From a virus, in IMG/VR virus record IMGVR_UViG_3300042691_027833, positions 3,491-67,490 of that record: a stretch of 64,000 nt of DNA; one strand, written 5' to 3'. Shown here piece by piece: positions 37,837 through 47,027 of this stretch (the first letter of the stretch is position 1; each line of letters begins with the position of its first letter). Below the pieces are notes generated by a model. That model saw nothing but the letters and a program-made list of their open reading frames with translations. It was not told where the DNA came from and did no database searches. The position numbers were made by a program, and so were the translations under genes.

Positions 37837-38214
37837 ATGAATATTGTACTATTAAAGGGTAATCTTGCAAGGGATCCAGAACTACGAGTAGTTGGCAGTG
37901 GAGACAAGCAAACATCTGTTGTCAATTTTACAGTGGCCACTTCTCGTGAATATACCAAGAATAACGGTGAAAAGGATAAGATTACTTCCTTTATCAATTG
38001 TGAAGCTTGGGATTCTGGTGCCGAAGTTATTGGTGAATCCTTTAAGAAGGGTGATCTAGTACTTATCGAAGGATCTTTAAGGAATGATTCTTGGGAAAAG
38101 GATGGCGTTAAGCACAATACCCTAAAGGTCAGGGTAAATAATTTCTCGAAGATTACAAAGCTATCGAGAGCAACATCTAAGACGGGCGACAGCAAGGAAA
38201 CTGTGGCGTTTTAG
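37837..38214 (+). CDS. ssb: Single-stranded DNA-binding protein
   Basis: MNIVLLKGNLARDPELR, FINCEAW, KGDLVLIEGSL, C-terminal AF. Confidence 0.93.
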   Translation: MNIVLLKGNLARDPELRVVGSGDKQTSVVNFTVATSREYTKNNGEKDKITSFINCEAWDSGAEVIGESFKKGDLVLIEGSLRNDSWEKDGVKHNTLKVRVNNFSKITKLSRATSKTGDSKETVAF

Positions 38215-38244
38215 TAGTAGAGTCTTATAAGACCGAATAAAACT

Positions 38245-38270
38245 GGGGGTCATAAACGACCCCCTTTTTT
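38245..38270 (+). terminator. Rho-independent terminator
   Basis: GGGGGTC-ATAAAC-GACCCCC followed by TTTTTT. Confidence 0.9.
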
Positions 38271-38302
38271 ATATCTCTTCCAATATCAACACTATAATAA
38301 TT

Positions 38303-39967
38303 ATGGCAACAGATAAAAGAAAACTCAAAGTATTAATGTGTTCCGAAGCTAGCTTTTTAAGCTCAGGATTCGGAGTTTATGCGAAGGAGGTTTTGTCTAG
38401 ATTGCACAGAACTAACAAGTACGAAATAGCAGAATTTGCTTCTTATGGTTTTGTAAATGATCCTAGAGATACTGCTATTAAATGGAGATATTATGCCAAT
38501 GCTGTCAAGTCCGAAGATGGTAGATATAAGGAATATATGTCTCGACCAGATAATCAGTTTGGTCGCTGGAGATTTGAAAAAGTACTGTTAGATTTTAAGC
38601 CAGATGTTGTTATTGATGTTAGAGACTACTGGATGAATTCTTATCAAAGATGGTCGCCTCTAAGAAAGTTTGTACATTGGGTACTGATGCCCACAGTTGA
38701 CTCTGAACCACAACAAGAAGAATGGATCGACACCTTCCTTTCTGCGGATGCCATTTTTACTTATTCGGACTGGGGCGCCCAAGTTTTAAAAAAACAAACC
38801 GCTGGTTCTGTTAACTATATCGACACGGCTTCTCCCGGTGTGGATCTAACAACCTTCAAGCCGTATTCTGCAACAGAAAAAGCAGGAATACGTAAAGCTT
38901 TAGGTGTGCCAGAAAATGCATTTGTTATAGGTTCCGTTATGAGAAATCAGAAACGCAAACTGATTCCGGAACTCTTTAATGTTATTGGCAATATATTAAA
39001 AGATAAAAATATTAGTGATGACATTCGCAATAATATATATTTGTATATGCACACTAGTTATCCTGACGCTGGTTGGGACTTGCCTCAAATTTTAAAAGAA
39101 TATGGATGTATTAACAGAGTATTATTTTCATATGTTTGTAAAAAATGTAGTTTTATTCAAGCTAATGTTTTTACTGGTCCAACCAAAGTATGTCCAAGAT
39201 GCTTAGAAAAAAGTATGGCACTATCCTCTGTAACTCATGGGGTGTCTACGAATGATCTATCTTTAATCTATAACACTTTCGACTTGTATGTACAATATTC
39301 TATCTGCGAAGGTTTTGGTATGCCACAAGTAGAAGCCGCTGCTTGTGGAGTACCTATTGCCACAGTTAATTATAGTGCTATGTGTGATGTGGTAAACAAG
39401 TTAGAAGCATATCCTGTGCCTATTGCTAGTTACTTCAAAGAACTAGAAACACAAGCAATTAGAACCTATCCCGACAATAACAGCTTAATTGAATATATCG
39501 TTAAGTTCTATCATTCATCAGATAAATCTGAAATGTCGAAGAAGACACGTTCTTTAACAGAAAAACATTACAACTGGGATAACATAGCACTCAAATGGGA
39601 AACATATCTAGATAAATTATCTAATAATTATGTTTCAAAATGGAATGATCCACCAAACATTCTATCTAAAATCGACACAGCATCTATACCCGCCAACCTT
39701 TCTAATATAGATATAATTCAATTTGTATTTGATAAATATTTAAAACATACCTATACTCTAGACAAAAACGTTTTGGATATGTTGAAACAAGCAGATTATG
39801 GCTTTACTATCAATGGTATGAGCATATCTGGTTACAATACTAAAGACATGATAGATTATTTTAATACTCTAATTGATAATAATAATCAAGCAGAATATGC
39901 TAGAGTTAATGCTCTCAAGTTCAATGATGATTATATAGAATATGCTAATATTAAAGATCACAAATAA
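38303..39967 (+). CDS. Glycosyltransferase family 4 with Zn-ribbon insertion
   Basis: SGFG, RNQKRK, EGFGMPQVEAAACGVP; CKKC...CPRC insert. Confidence 0.88.
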   Translation: MATDKRKLKVLMCSEASFLSSGFGVYAKEVLSRLHRTNKYEIAEFASYGFVNDPRDTAIKWRYYANAVKSEDGRYKEYMSRPDNQFGRWRFEKVLLDFKPDVVIDVRDYWMNSYQRWSPLRKFVHWVLMPTVDSEPQQEEWIDTFLSADAIFTYSDWGAQVLKKQTAGSVNYIDTASPGVDLTTFKPYSATEKAGIRKALGVPENAFVIGSVMRNQKRKLIPELFNVIGNILKDKNISDDIRNNIYLYMHTSYPDAGWDLPQILKEYGCINRVLFSYVCKKCSFIQANVFTGPTKVCPRCLEKSMALSSVTHGVSTNDLSLIYNTFDLYVQYSICEGFGMPQVEAAACGVPIATVNYSAMCDVVNKLEAYPVPIASYFKELETQAIRTYPDNNSLIEYIVKFYHSSDKSEMSKKTRSLTEKHYNWDNIALKWETYLDKLSNNYVSKWNDPPNILSKIDTASIPANLSNIDIIQFVFDKYLKHTYTLDKNVLDMLKQADYGFTINGMSISGYNTKDMIDYFNTLIDNNNQAEYARVNALKFNDDYIEYANIKDHK

Positions 39968-39973
39968 TACAAT

Positions 39974-40987
39974 ATGAACAAGAAAAATATACTATATCTC
40001 GGTCCATATCAACAACCAAACTATGTCGGCCAAGCATCACTAAGAAATTTGCATGAACTATCTCAGGTAGAGCATCTAAATATTATTGCCAAACATATAC
40101 CTGTTGATTCAAATGATATATTCGATATCAGTAGTATTTTACCAACACTAGCTTCGTCTCTTGATGATATCACGCACCTAGATGGCATCATACAAAATCT
40201 CCCTTTAGATTTTCTGGCTATCAATCATTATGTGCCTAATATTGTTATTCCTTTTATTAGTCCATACATTCAATATACAAATACAGACATTCTATCTCAC
40301 TATGCTGCGATATTAGTAGACGACATTAAAGTAAAAGAACAGATTCAAAATAAAAATACAAATGTGGAAGTATATGAGCAAAATATACCTCTTATTCTTA
40401 ATCAGTGTCATAAAGAAAGATACAATATAGGCGCATACGATCATCTGTATAAGTTTGGATTCATGGGATTATATTCTAAGGAAAGTGGTATTATACACAA
40501 ACTAATTCAAGCATTCCTAACAACCTTTAGAACTAATGACGAAGTATCTCTATGCATCCTGGTTACTGCTACAGACAAAGAGAAGTTAGAATTAGAGTCT
40601 TTCTATTCTGATATGAAGCAATCCTTAAAAATTACAAATTATGATAAAGTTATTTTTATGTTCAATAATTGTAATCATATGGATTCTATAAGATTTCTTA
40701 ATAATCTAAACTGTTATTTATCTTTAAATGCATATACTAAATATGTTATGTACGAAAAATATTGTAAACAACATAATATACCATATGTCACACACAAAGA
40801 TGTATCTCATATCCAAATGCCCATTATACCTATTCTTAATATAGATGACATACAGCTTAAACAAAATTCATTAACAACAGATAGTATATCTAAAGCATTA
40901 TTACAATCTATAAATAACACATCTGTACACAGAAGCAAAAACACCAATAAATCATTATCGGATCTAGTATGCAAAATAATACAGTAA
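39974..40987 (+). CDS. Degenerate GT-B glycosyltransferase-like protein
   Basis: ILYLGPY...G start and YKFGFMG...LIQAFL..F...DEVSL resemble GT4 (cf. 3789); no EG.G motif. Confidence 0.55.
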   Translation: MNKKNILYLGPYQQPNYVGQASLRNLHELSQVEHLNIIAKHIPVDSNDIFDISSILPTLASSLDDITHLDGIIQNLPLDFLAINHYVPNIVIPFISPYIQYTNTDILSHYAAILVDDIKVKEQIQNKNTNVEVYEQNIPLILNQCHKERYNIGAYDHLYKFGFMGLYSKESGIIHKLIQAFLTTFRTNDEVSLCILVTATDKEKLELESFYSDMKQSLKITNYDKVIFMFNNCNHMDSIRFLNNLNCYLSLNAYTKYVMYEKYCKQHNIPYVTHKDVSHIQMPIIPILNIDDIQLKQNSLTTDSISKALLQSINNTSVHRSKNTNKSLSDLVCKIIQ

Positions 40988-41814
40988 CATTTTCAGTCAT
41001 TGATTCTATATATAATAAAATTAAGCAGAATCCTGCTAACATTATATATCTCAAAACTGGTTCTATGTTTGATCAGGTTATATGTTCGTCTTTAAATCAT
41101 AATGTTTTTGTATATGGTTCTACTGATGAAATAGATTTTAATTCTATCAATTACGACTTCTGCATAGCATCTGAACCTATATCATACTCTCAATATCAAT
41201 CAAGAATCCAGGCGCTTAATATGCCCTCTCTATTATTGGTGCATAATCATCCTATCAGCAATATTAAAAAAGAAGATAAGTTTTTACTAGCGAGATATTT
41301 AACCGATGTACAGAAGGTATTTTTTGATATTAATATAGCAGAAAACTGGGCGATTGGTTATAATAATATTATTGGTTACGGATTTCCAGATATAGTGTCA
41401 CAGGAGATTAAGAAAACAGAATCTGTAGTGGTGCTAAATCCAAATAATATAAGACAAACGGCCATACTATACCAATCTATAAAAAACCAATATCCTAGTG
41501 CTAGTATGGTATCCTATAAAGACTTTGTAAGCTTATCGGATTTACTGGCAGAAATATCCAAATACCAAGTAGCCATATCAATAGATTATATTTATGATAG
41601 TATAGTATGTGGTTTATTGGGATGTCATACAATAACCACACAAAAAAATAAATATTTAGATTTAGAAATTGTCTCTAATTTTTCTAATATAAATTCTATT
41701 ATAGGCCAAGCACTAGACAAACCACCCAAATCTCAACACAATATTTATGACACTCATACTAGCATGGTTATAGAACTCGACAAACTCATCAATACACGAA
41801 GAAATAAACTATGA
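40969..41814 (+). CDS. Degenerate glycosyltransferase-like protein
   Basis: Weak GT-B C-terminal pattern (ISKYQVAI...GCHTIT); cluster context. Confidence 0.4.
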   Translation: MQNNTVTFSVIDSIYNKIKQNPANIIYLKTGSMFDQVICSSLNHNVFVYGSTDEIDFNSINYDFCIASEPISYSQYQSRIQALNMPSLLLVHNHPISNIKKEDKFLLARYLTDVQKVFFDINIAENWAIGYNNIIGYGFPDIVSQEIKKTESVVVLNPNNIRQTAILYQSIKNQYPSASMVSYKDFVSLSDLLAEISKYQVAISIDYIYDSIVCGLLGCHTITTQKNKYLDLEIVSNFSNINSIIGQALDKPPKSQHNIYDTHTSMVIELDKLINTRRNKL

Positions 41815-42236
41815 ATAAAATAATCAATATCAAAATACAAAGTGGGGATCACACAGGTTTCCAAAATATACATATAAATGAAATTAATAATATACCAGAC
41901 TACTCTGTTGACGTTTTACGATTTGCAGAATTAAATGCATTATCCTATAATTTGTGTGAAACAGTATTAGTACAACTACTAAATAAAATTAGACCACAAA
42001 CAGGCCAGTGCATCATAGAAATTGTAGATATGTTAACTTTATCCAATGGATATGTTAACAAAATGATAGACTCTGCCACAATGTCTCAGACTATAGAAAA
42101 AATCCATAATAGTATTGCCTTTGTTGATATTAAGAATATTGTAGAGAAATATAACAACGCATATTCTATTGTAAAAATAAATAAAAACCCACAAAATACC
42201 ACAATAGTAATAACCCTCAAGAGAAACTCAATATGA
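41811..42236 (+). CDS. Degenerate class I methyltransferase-like protein
   Basis: IPDYSVDVL...LLNKIRP..G.C.I resembles Methyltransf_11; no glycine-rich SAM loop. Confidence 0.4.
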   Translation: MNKIINIKIQSGDHTGFQNIHINEINNIPDYSVDVLRFAELNALSYNLCETVLVQLLNKIRPQTGQCIIEIVDMLTLSNGYVNKMIDSATMSQTIEKIHNSIAFVDIKNIVEKYNNAYSIVKINKNPQNTTIVITLKRNSI

Positions 42237-42973
42237 AGACATTATGCCAAAAATGTATCTTCGCAGATCTAGCAAATGCTGAAGAACCCTGTACGATGAA
42301 TATTATCAATAGAATCAAATCATTCTATACAATTCATACAGATACTAGTGGCTTTAATGTTATAGACGATTATAGATGTTTGTATGGATTCGATCTTGCG
42401 ACATATGACAAAAATAAACAAGATATAGGAGGTATTGATAAGTTAACTAGCGAAATTTATAAACGTTGTGAAATACCATACTATCTTACAATATTTGCTA
42501 CAGAAAATACTATCACTAAGATAGCAGACCAGATCAAGCTGATGCCTATTAAACCTAAATATCTTTCGGTAATTTTATTTGCTAGCAATAATACATCAGA
42601 TATTATCAATACTCTCAAAGATCACCTTTCAGATATTTGCGAATGGAAACTACACAATTTTTTACAGGAAGAGCCTAAAGAAAAAGCTTTGAACATAGTA
42701 TTTGATACAAACAAAAATAAAAACCAATCGCAGTATGCTTGGATAGTTGATAGTAATAATATGCACGATTTAGATAAGCAAATGGCGGATATCAACGAAA
42801 TCATGACCATAATCAAACCTAAAGCGCATATGTTGTGTAGAACTCCGTACTTTTCTTTGGATGGTCTATTTATATCTTTTGATAACTTCCGTCAACTATG
42901 CAAAGAAAATGAACAATTAATTTCTGAAGGCGTTACGAAAAACATAGAACATATACTAATTCATCAATACTAA
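42233..42973 (+). CDS. Hypothetical protein with N-terminal Cys cluster
   Basis: CQKCIFA...C...C. Confidence 0.55.
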   Translation: MKTLCQKCIFADLANAEEPCTMNIINRIKSFYTIHTDTSGFNVIDDYRCLYGFDLATYDKNKQDIGGIDKLTSEIYKRCEIPYYLTIFATENTITKIADQIKLMPIKPKYLSVILFASNNTSDIINTLKDHLSDICEWKLHNFLQEEPKEKALNIVFDTNKNKNQSQYAWIVDSNNMHDLDKQMADINEIMTIIKPKAHMLCRTPYFSLDGLFISFDNFRQLCKENEQLISEGVTKNIEHILIHQY

Positions 42974-42974
42974 T

Positions 42975-43646
42975 ATGGATATCTTAATTATAGCACCAGA
43001 AATTACTAAAGGGATGAAGTCTATAGGATCAAAAGCCCTGCTTAAAATTAAACAATCAATTTCAGTTATAGAATATCAAATCAACGAAATCAAAAAGTAT
43101 AATAACCATAGTGCAATTACTATCGTATCTGGTTTTGAGCATGATAAAATACTTAAACTATATAGTGAAAGCAAAAATATTAACATAGTCTACAATCCCG
43201 ATTATGCAAGTACGAATCATGGTGCGTCGTTGTCTGTTTTTCTAGATCAACTGAAACAAACCCAAAATCTACTCGTAATCACTAACGGTGTGCTTTTTAA
43301 AAATAATCCATTCAAGATCAAACCTGGGCAAAACCATATATCACAAATCTACTGTATTAATAAGCCAAAAACTAATTTTGATATAGGTTATATTGGTGAA
43401 TCCTCCATAGAATACTTGTTCTTTGATTTGCCAAATAAATGGACAGAGTGTGTTATGTTTAATCCTATGGCATTAGATGCTATTAAAAATATAGACAAAC
43501 AAAGAATATCGCAAATGTATTTATTTGAAATTATTAATCTCCTAATAGAACAAAAGATTCATTTTAATGTACAGACCACAGACAAGAAAAACTTTATGAA
43601 GATAAATAATGTTAGAGATATTCCAAAGGCCAAGGTTTTTATATGA
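42975..43646 (+). CDS. Nucleotidyltransferase-like (LicC/NTP_transf) protein, degenerate
   Basis: MKSIGSKALL, IEYQI, VSGFEHDKI, VYNPDYASTN..SL; AAGxGxR and GD motifs absent. Confidence 0.7.
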   Translation: MDILIIAPEITKGMKSIGSKALLKIKQSISVIEYQINEIKKYNNHSAITIVSGFEHDKILKLYSESKNINIVYNPDYASTNHGASLSVFLDQLKQTQNLLVITNGVLFKNNPFKIKPGQNHISQIYCINKPKTNFDIGYIGESSIEYLFFDLPNKWTECVMFNPMALDAIKNIDKQRISQMYLFEIINLLIEQKIHFNVQTTDKKNFMKINNVRDIPKAKVFI

Positions 43647-44332
43647 TAATACAAGACAATAATTCAAAGCTAACTAAAACTATAGCATCTTATTTACGCA
43701 AAACCCCGAATACAAAAATTCGACTACTCCCGATAAGTTCCGATGTATACAAAATTAGCTGCTTGCATCAATCAGAAAAAGATTATTTATTTATTGTTTC
43801 TGGCCTCACTAATGCGATTGCGTCTTTTATTGAAGAATACCATAAAACATATAATATATATCTATATCATGATTATGATTTTTCACACCCTATATTAGAT
43901 TTATGTCATAATATCACTACACAAAAAGATACTGTCATACCAAATGCGATTAGAATTCCAAATATTCTCAATAATATAGACTTTTATCCACAAGAAGTAG
44001 AATCCTCCAAACAATATAACATATGCACTTTTTTAAATAAGCATTATAATATCACACAGGAACTTATTAAGTTTTGTGAACAAAATAATATAGTTATGTT
44101 TGACGCCATAAGCCCTAATCCATATAATTTAGGAAATACCACAGAGTCTGAAAAAAACGAAATTCTGAAAAGTTCCATGCAGTATTTAAATATAACGAAT
44201 GAGTATGCAGCAGAAGCTAGTATTGTGGGTTGTGGTGTGCTACGAATCGGACCCGGAGGAGAGCTAGTAAAAGACTCACAGATAGAACACATTACAGTAG
44301 ACAACTTTTTATCAACCATACTAAAAGTTTAA
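43643..44332 (+). CDS. Degenerate glycosyltransferase-like protein
   Basis: NLG...EKNEIL...EYAAEASIVGC resembles the GT-B C-terminal lobe. Confidence 0.45.
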   Translation: MIIQDNNSKLTKTIASYLRKTPNTKIRLLPISSDVYKISCLHQSEKDYLFIVSGLTNAIASFIEEYHKTYNIYLYHDYDFSHPILDLCHNITTQKDTVIPNAIRIPNILNNIDFYPQEVESSKQYNICTFLNKHYNITQELIKFCEQNNIVMFDAISPNPYNLGNTTESEKNEILKSSMQYLNITNEYAAEASIVGCGVLRIGPGGELVKDSQIEHITVDNFLSTILKV

Positions 44333-44337
44333 ATATT

Positions 44338-44796
44338 ATGCAACATAATTTAGGATTTATTATTAAGCAGCTGCGTAACGATATATTTAGTCATGATATC
44401 ATAAACTTGGTGTCTGACTTTATAAAAAATAGACCATTAAGCAATATCTCTATTTTTACTGGTGGTTGTGATGCTATAGATACAAAAATGGTTCCGGTAC
44501 TCCACATTAGCCATGCTTCCCACTTTCCAGCACATATTGTAGCATTAGATTTAGATTCACTAATTTTTAGTGCTACATTTGTACAAAAACAGGGTTTGAC
44601 TTATTATGCACAAAGTATACCTTGGGCCAACAAGATCTATGATTATTCTTATCTGAAGCAGTTGTTTAGTCCCAAAGTGGTTAATAATATTCTGAGTGCG
44701 AATACAGATATTGCTAATATGTATACTAAGTTTTTTAATTACGAACCAAGAATATATGAAAAATTAACTTATGGTGGTCTATATGAAACAATATAA
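44338..44796 (+). CDS. Hypothetical protein (possible GT-B N-lobe fragment)
   Basis: ATG 44338; cluster context. Confidence 0.45.
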   Translation: MQHNLGFIIKQLRNDIFSHDIINLVSDFIKNRPLSNISIFTGGCDAIDTKMVPVLHISHASHFPAHIVALDLDSLIFSATFVQKQGLTYYAQSIPWANKIYDYSYLKQLFSPKVVNNILSANTDIANMYTKFFNYEPRIYEKLTYGGLYETI

Positions 44797-45577
44797 CTCA
44801 TTGTCTGATAGCGAAAAGAAAAATTTATTGAATGATCTGTATGTCAAACAGAATATGAGTTTTGCTGATATAGCCAGCCAACAGGGTACCTATGCTAATA
44901 AAATTTTAAGAGATGCTAAAAAACTAGGCATAGCAATCAGAGACAAATCCGCTGCTCAAAAGAATGCTTTAAAAACTGGTAAACATAAACATCCCACTCT
45001 TGGCAAAGAAAGAAAACAAACAACAAAAGATAAAATAGGGCTAGGAGTTATGAAGTCTTGGGAGACTTTATCTGATGACGAACTCAATGAACGTAAACAA
45101 AAGGCTAAAACAGCATGGGAAGAATTGGATATTGTAACTAAGGAAAACATTTTACAAAAGGCGAATCATGCAGTCAGAGTCGCAAGTAAACAAGGATCTA
45201 AACTAGAAAATTTCTTACTAGAGTGTTTGCTTTCGGATGGTTTCAAGGTGGACTTTCATAAAGAACAAATTTTGACAAATACCAAGTTGCAGATTGACCT
45301 GTTTTTACCTAGTATAAATACAGCAATCGAAGTTGATGGCCCATCACACTTTGAGCCTGTGTGGGGTCAAGATTGTCTAAATAAAAACATATCTTATGAT
45401 CAGAAAAAGCAAGGATTAATTTTGGGCAAAGGATTAGTGCTAATCAGGATCAAGCAAACTAAGGACTATTCCAAAACTAGAGCTAAGATTATATATTCTA
45501 AACTACTAGAACAAGTTAATAATATCAAACAAAAATTTCCACCGTCAGACCAAAGGATAATTACTATAGAGGATTAA
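44783..45577 (+). CDS. HTH/NUMOD-like + DUF559/Vsr-like endonuclease (possible homing endonuclease)
   Basis: LYV...MSFADIA HTH, HPTLGKER...TKDKI, QIDLFLP...IEVDGPSH. Confidence 0.7.
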   Translation: MKQYNSLSDSEKKNLLNDLYVKQNMSFADIASQQGTYANKILRDAKKLGIAIRDKSAAQKNALKTGKHKHPTLGKERKQTTKDKIGLGVMKSWETLSDDELNERKQKAKTAWEELDIVTKENILQKANHAVRVASKQGSKLENFLLECLLSDGFKVDFHKEQILTNTKLQIDLFLPSINTAIEVDGPSHFEPVWGQDCLNKNISYDQKKQGLILGKGLVLIRIKQTKDYSKTRAKIIYSKLLEQVNNIKQKFPPSDQRIITIED

Positions 45578-45578
45578 T

Positions 45579-46313
45579 ATGGCTAAAAACACTAAAAAAG
45601 AGGTTGTAGAAGTGACTAATGTAGAGAATGTTTCTGTTGAGTCGGTCAAGGTATCTCCAAACGATATTGGTTGGACAGATCATGTTTTGGGTTTGCTTTC
45701 TGACGATGAGAAAATAGCCGGTAATCCTACAACAGACGGATTAAGACGCATATTCGAAATAGCACTAGATTGCTGCGTTACAGAAGCTCGAACCGAAGTG
45801 GTACAAACTCCTGATCCAAATAATGAAAAAAGGGCCACTGTGGTTCACACCATATCTTATGTATTAAAAACTCCTGAGTCGAACGACGAAAATTTAAAAT
45901 ACAGGTCTGTTAGCGGCGCTGCGGACGTTTATTGGGGGAATTGCGACAAGATTTATCGTAATCATCCCGTAGCCGTTGCAGAAACCAGAGCAGAAGGTCG
46001 TGCCTTAAGACGAGCCTTAAAACTCAGGAAGGTTGTTGCTGCGGAGGAAATCGCTAAGGATATTGATGACCATCCAGATGCAGATAGTGTTAATAAAATA
46101 ACCAATAATCAGATCAATTTTATTGATACATTATCTAGTAGATTAAACATAAATGTGACTAAATTACTAGAGAGCAATAATTTGGATACTAAGAATATTT
46201 ATGGCTTGTCTCATGATGCTGCGGTTTCTATTATTAGAGTACTATCTGGCTACCAACAAAATATGGTTAGTATACCAGATACCTTAATTGGTTACTCTAA
46301 CGAATGGAAATAA
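45579..46313 (+). CDS. Putative single-strand annealing (Rad52/Sak-like) protein
   Basis: AVAETRAEGRALRRAL and C-terminal ITNNQINFI; family assignment tentative. Confidence 0.4.
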   Translation: MAKNTKKEVVEVTNVENVSVESVKVSPNDIGWTDHVLGLLSDDEKIAGNPTTDGLRRIFEIALDCCVTEARTEVVQTPDPNNEKRATVVHTISYVLKTPESNDENLKYRSVSGAADVYWGNCDKIYRNHPVAVAETRAEGRALRRALKLRKVVAAEEIAKDIDDHPDADSVNKITNNQINFIDTLSSRLNINVTKLLESNNLDTKNIYGLSHDAAVSIIRVLSGYQQNMVSIPDTLIGYSNEWK

Positions 46314-46315
46314 AT

Positions 46316-46651
46316 ATGAAAGTAATTTATAAAGCAAATGATAAGCTTCAGTTTGAGCTAGAAGGTTCCGGCCAAAAGGAAATCTTTAAGGAACTAGCTC
46401 TTATTCAGGAAATCTTTTCAGAAGAGAAGTGTGGTCTGTGTGGAAGCACCAGTCTACGATTCATTGTGCGTAATGTAGAAGGTAATGACTACTACGAATT
46501 ACGTTGTAATGATTGTGGTGCTGTGCTAGCATTTGGTCAGCACAAGAAGGGTGGTACATTATTTCCCAAGCGTAAAGACGATGACGGAAATTATCTACCC
46601 AACAAAGGCTGGCACAAGTGGCAACCAAACGCGGCATCAGCCGGTAAATAA
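46316..46651 (+). CDS. Zn-ribbon hypothetical protein
   Basis: CGLCGS...CNDCGA; last + strand gene. Confidence 0.65.
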   Translation: MKVIYKANDKLQFELEGSGQKEIFKELALIQEIFSEEKCGLCGSTSLRFIVRNVEGNDYYELRCNDCGAVLAFGQHKKGGTLFPKRKDDDGNYLPNKGWHKWQPNAASAGK

Positions 46652-46652
46652 C

Positions 46653-47021
46653 CTACCATTTGCTTTCTGGACAAGAAGCATCTTTCTTCAAAACTTTACC
46701 AACAAAGTTCTTGTTGCGCATCATTAAGCAGCCACACTTTGTACAAGTATCGTTTTGGAAGAATTCGCATCCTTCGCAGATATTGAGTCTATTACGAATA
46801 GTTTCTTTGTCTGCGAGGTCAGGCTTGTTCTTAAACCAGTCTAACATCTGGTCTATAAATTCATCTTGAGATTTATCTTTTTTATGTAATATTTCTCGAC
46901 ATGGTACAACAGGCATAGTGGTTTGTTTTTCTGTGGCTGTCATTTTTAAGCCACAATTAATACATTCGAAATCTATCCAGTTATGTGTAGTAAATACGCA
47001 TAGTTTATTAGATGTTTCCAT
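46653..47021 (-). CDS. Cys-rich DUF6171-like protein
   Basis: RLNICEGCEF...CTKCGC...ASCPESKW. Confidence 0.65.
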   Translation of the reverse strand: METSNKLCVFTTHNWIDFECINCGLKMTATEKQTTMPVVPCREILHKKDKSQDEFIDQMLDWFKNKPDLADKETIRNRLNICEGCEFFQNDTCTKCGCLMMRNKNFVGKVLKKDASCPESKW

Positions 47022-47027
47022 ATATGT

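Noticed and set aside
2861-44319. Short - strand ORFs inside the + strand gene block
   Set aside because: They overlap well-supported genes on the opposite strand and show no recognisable motifs.
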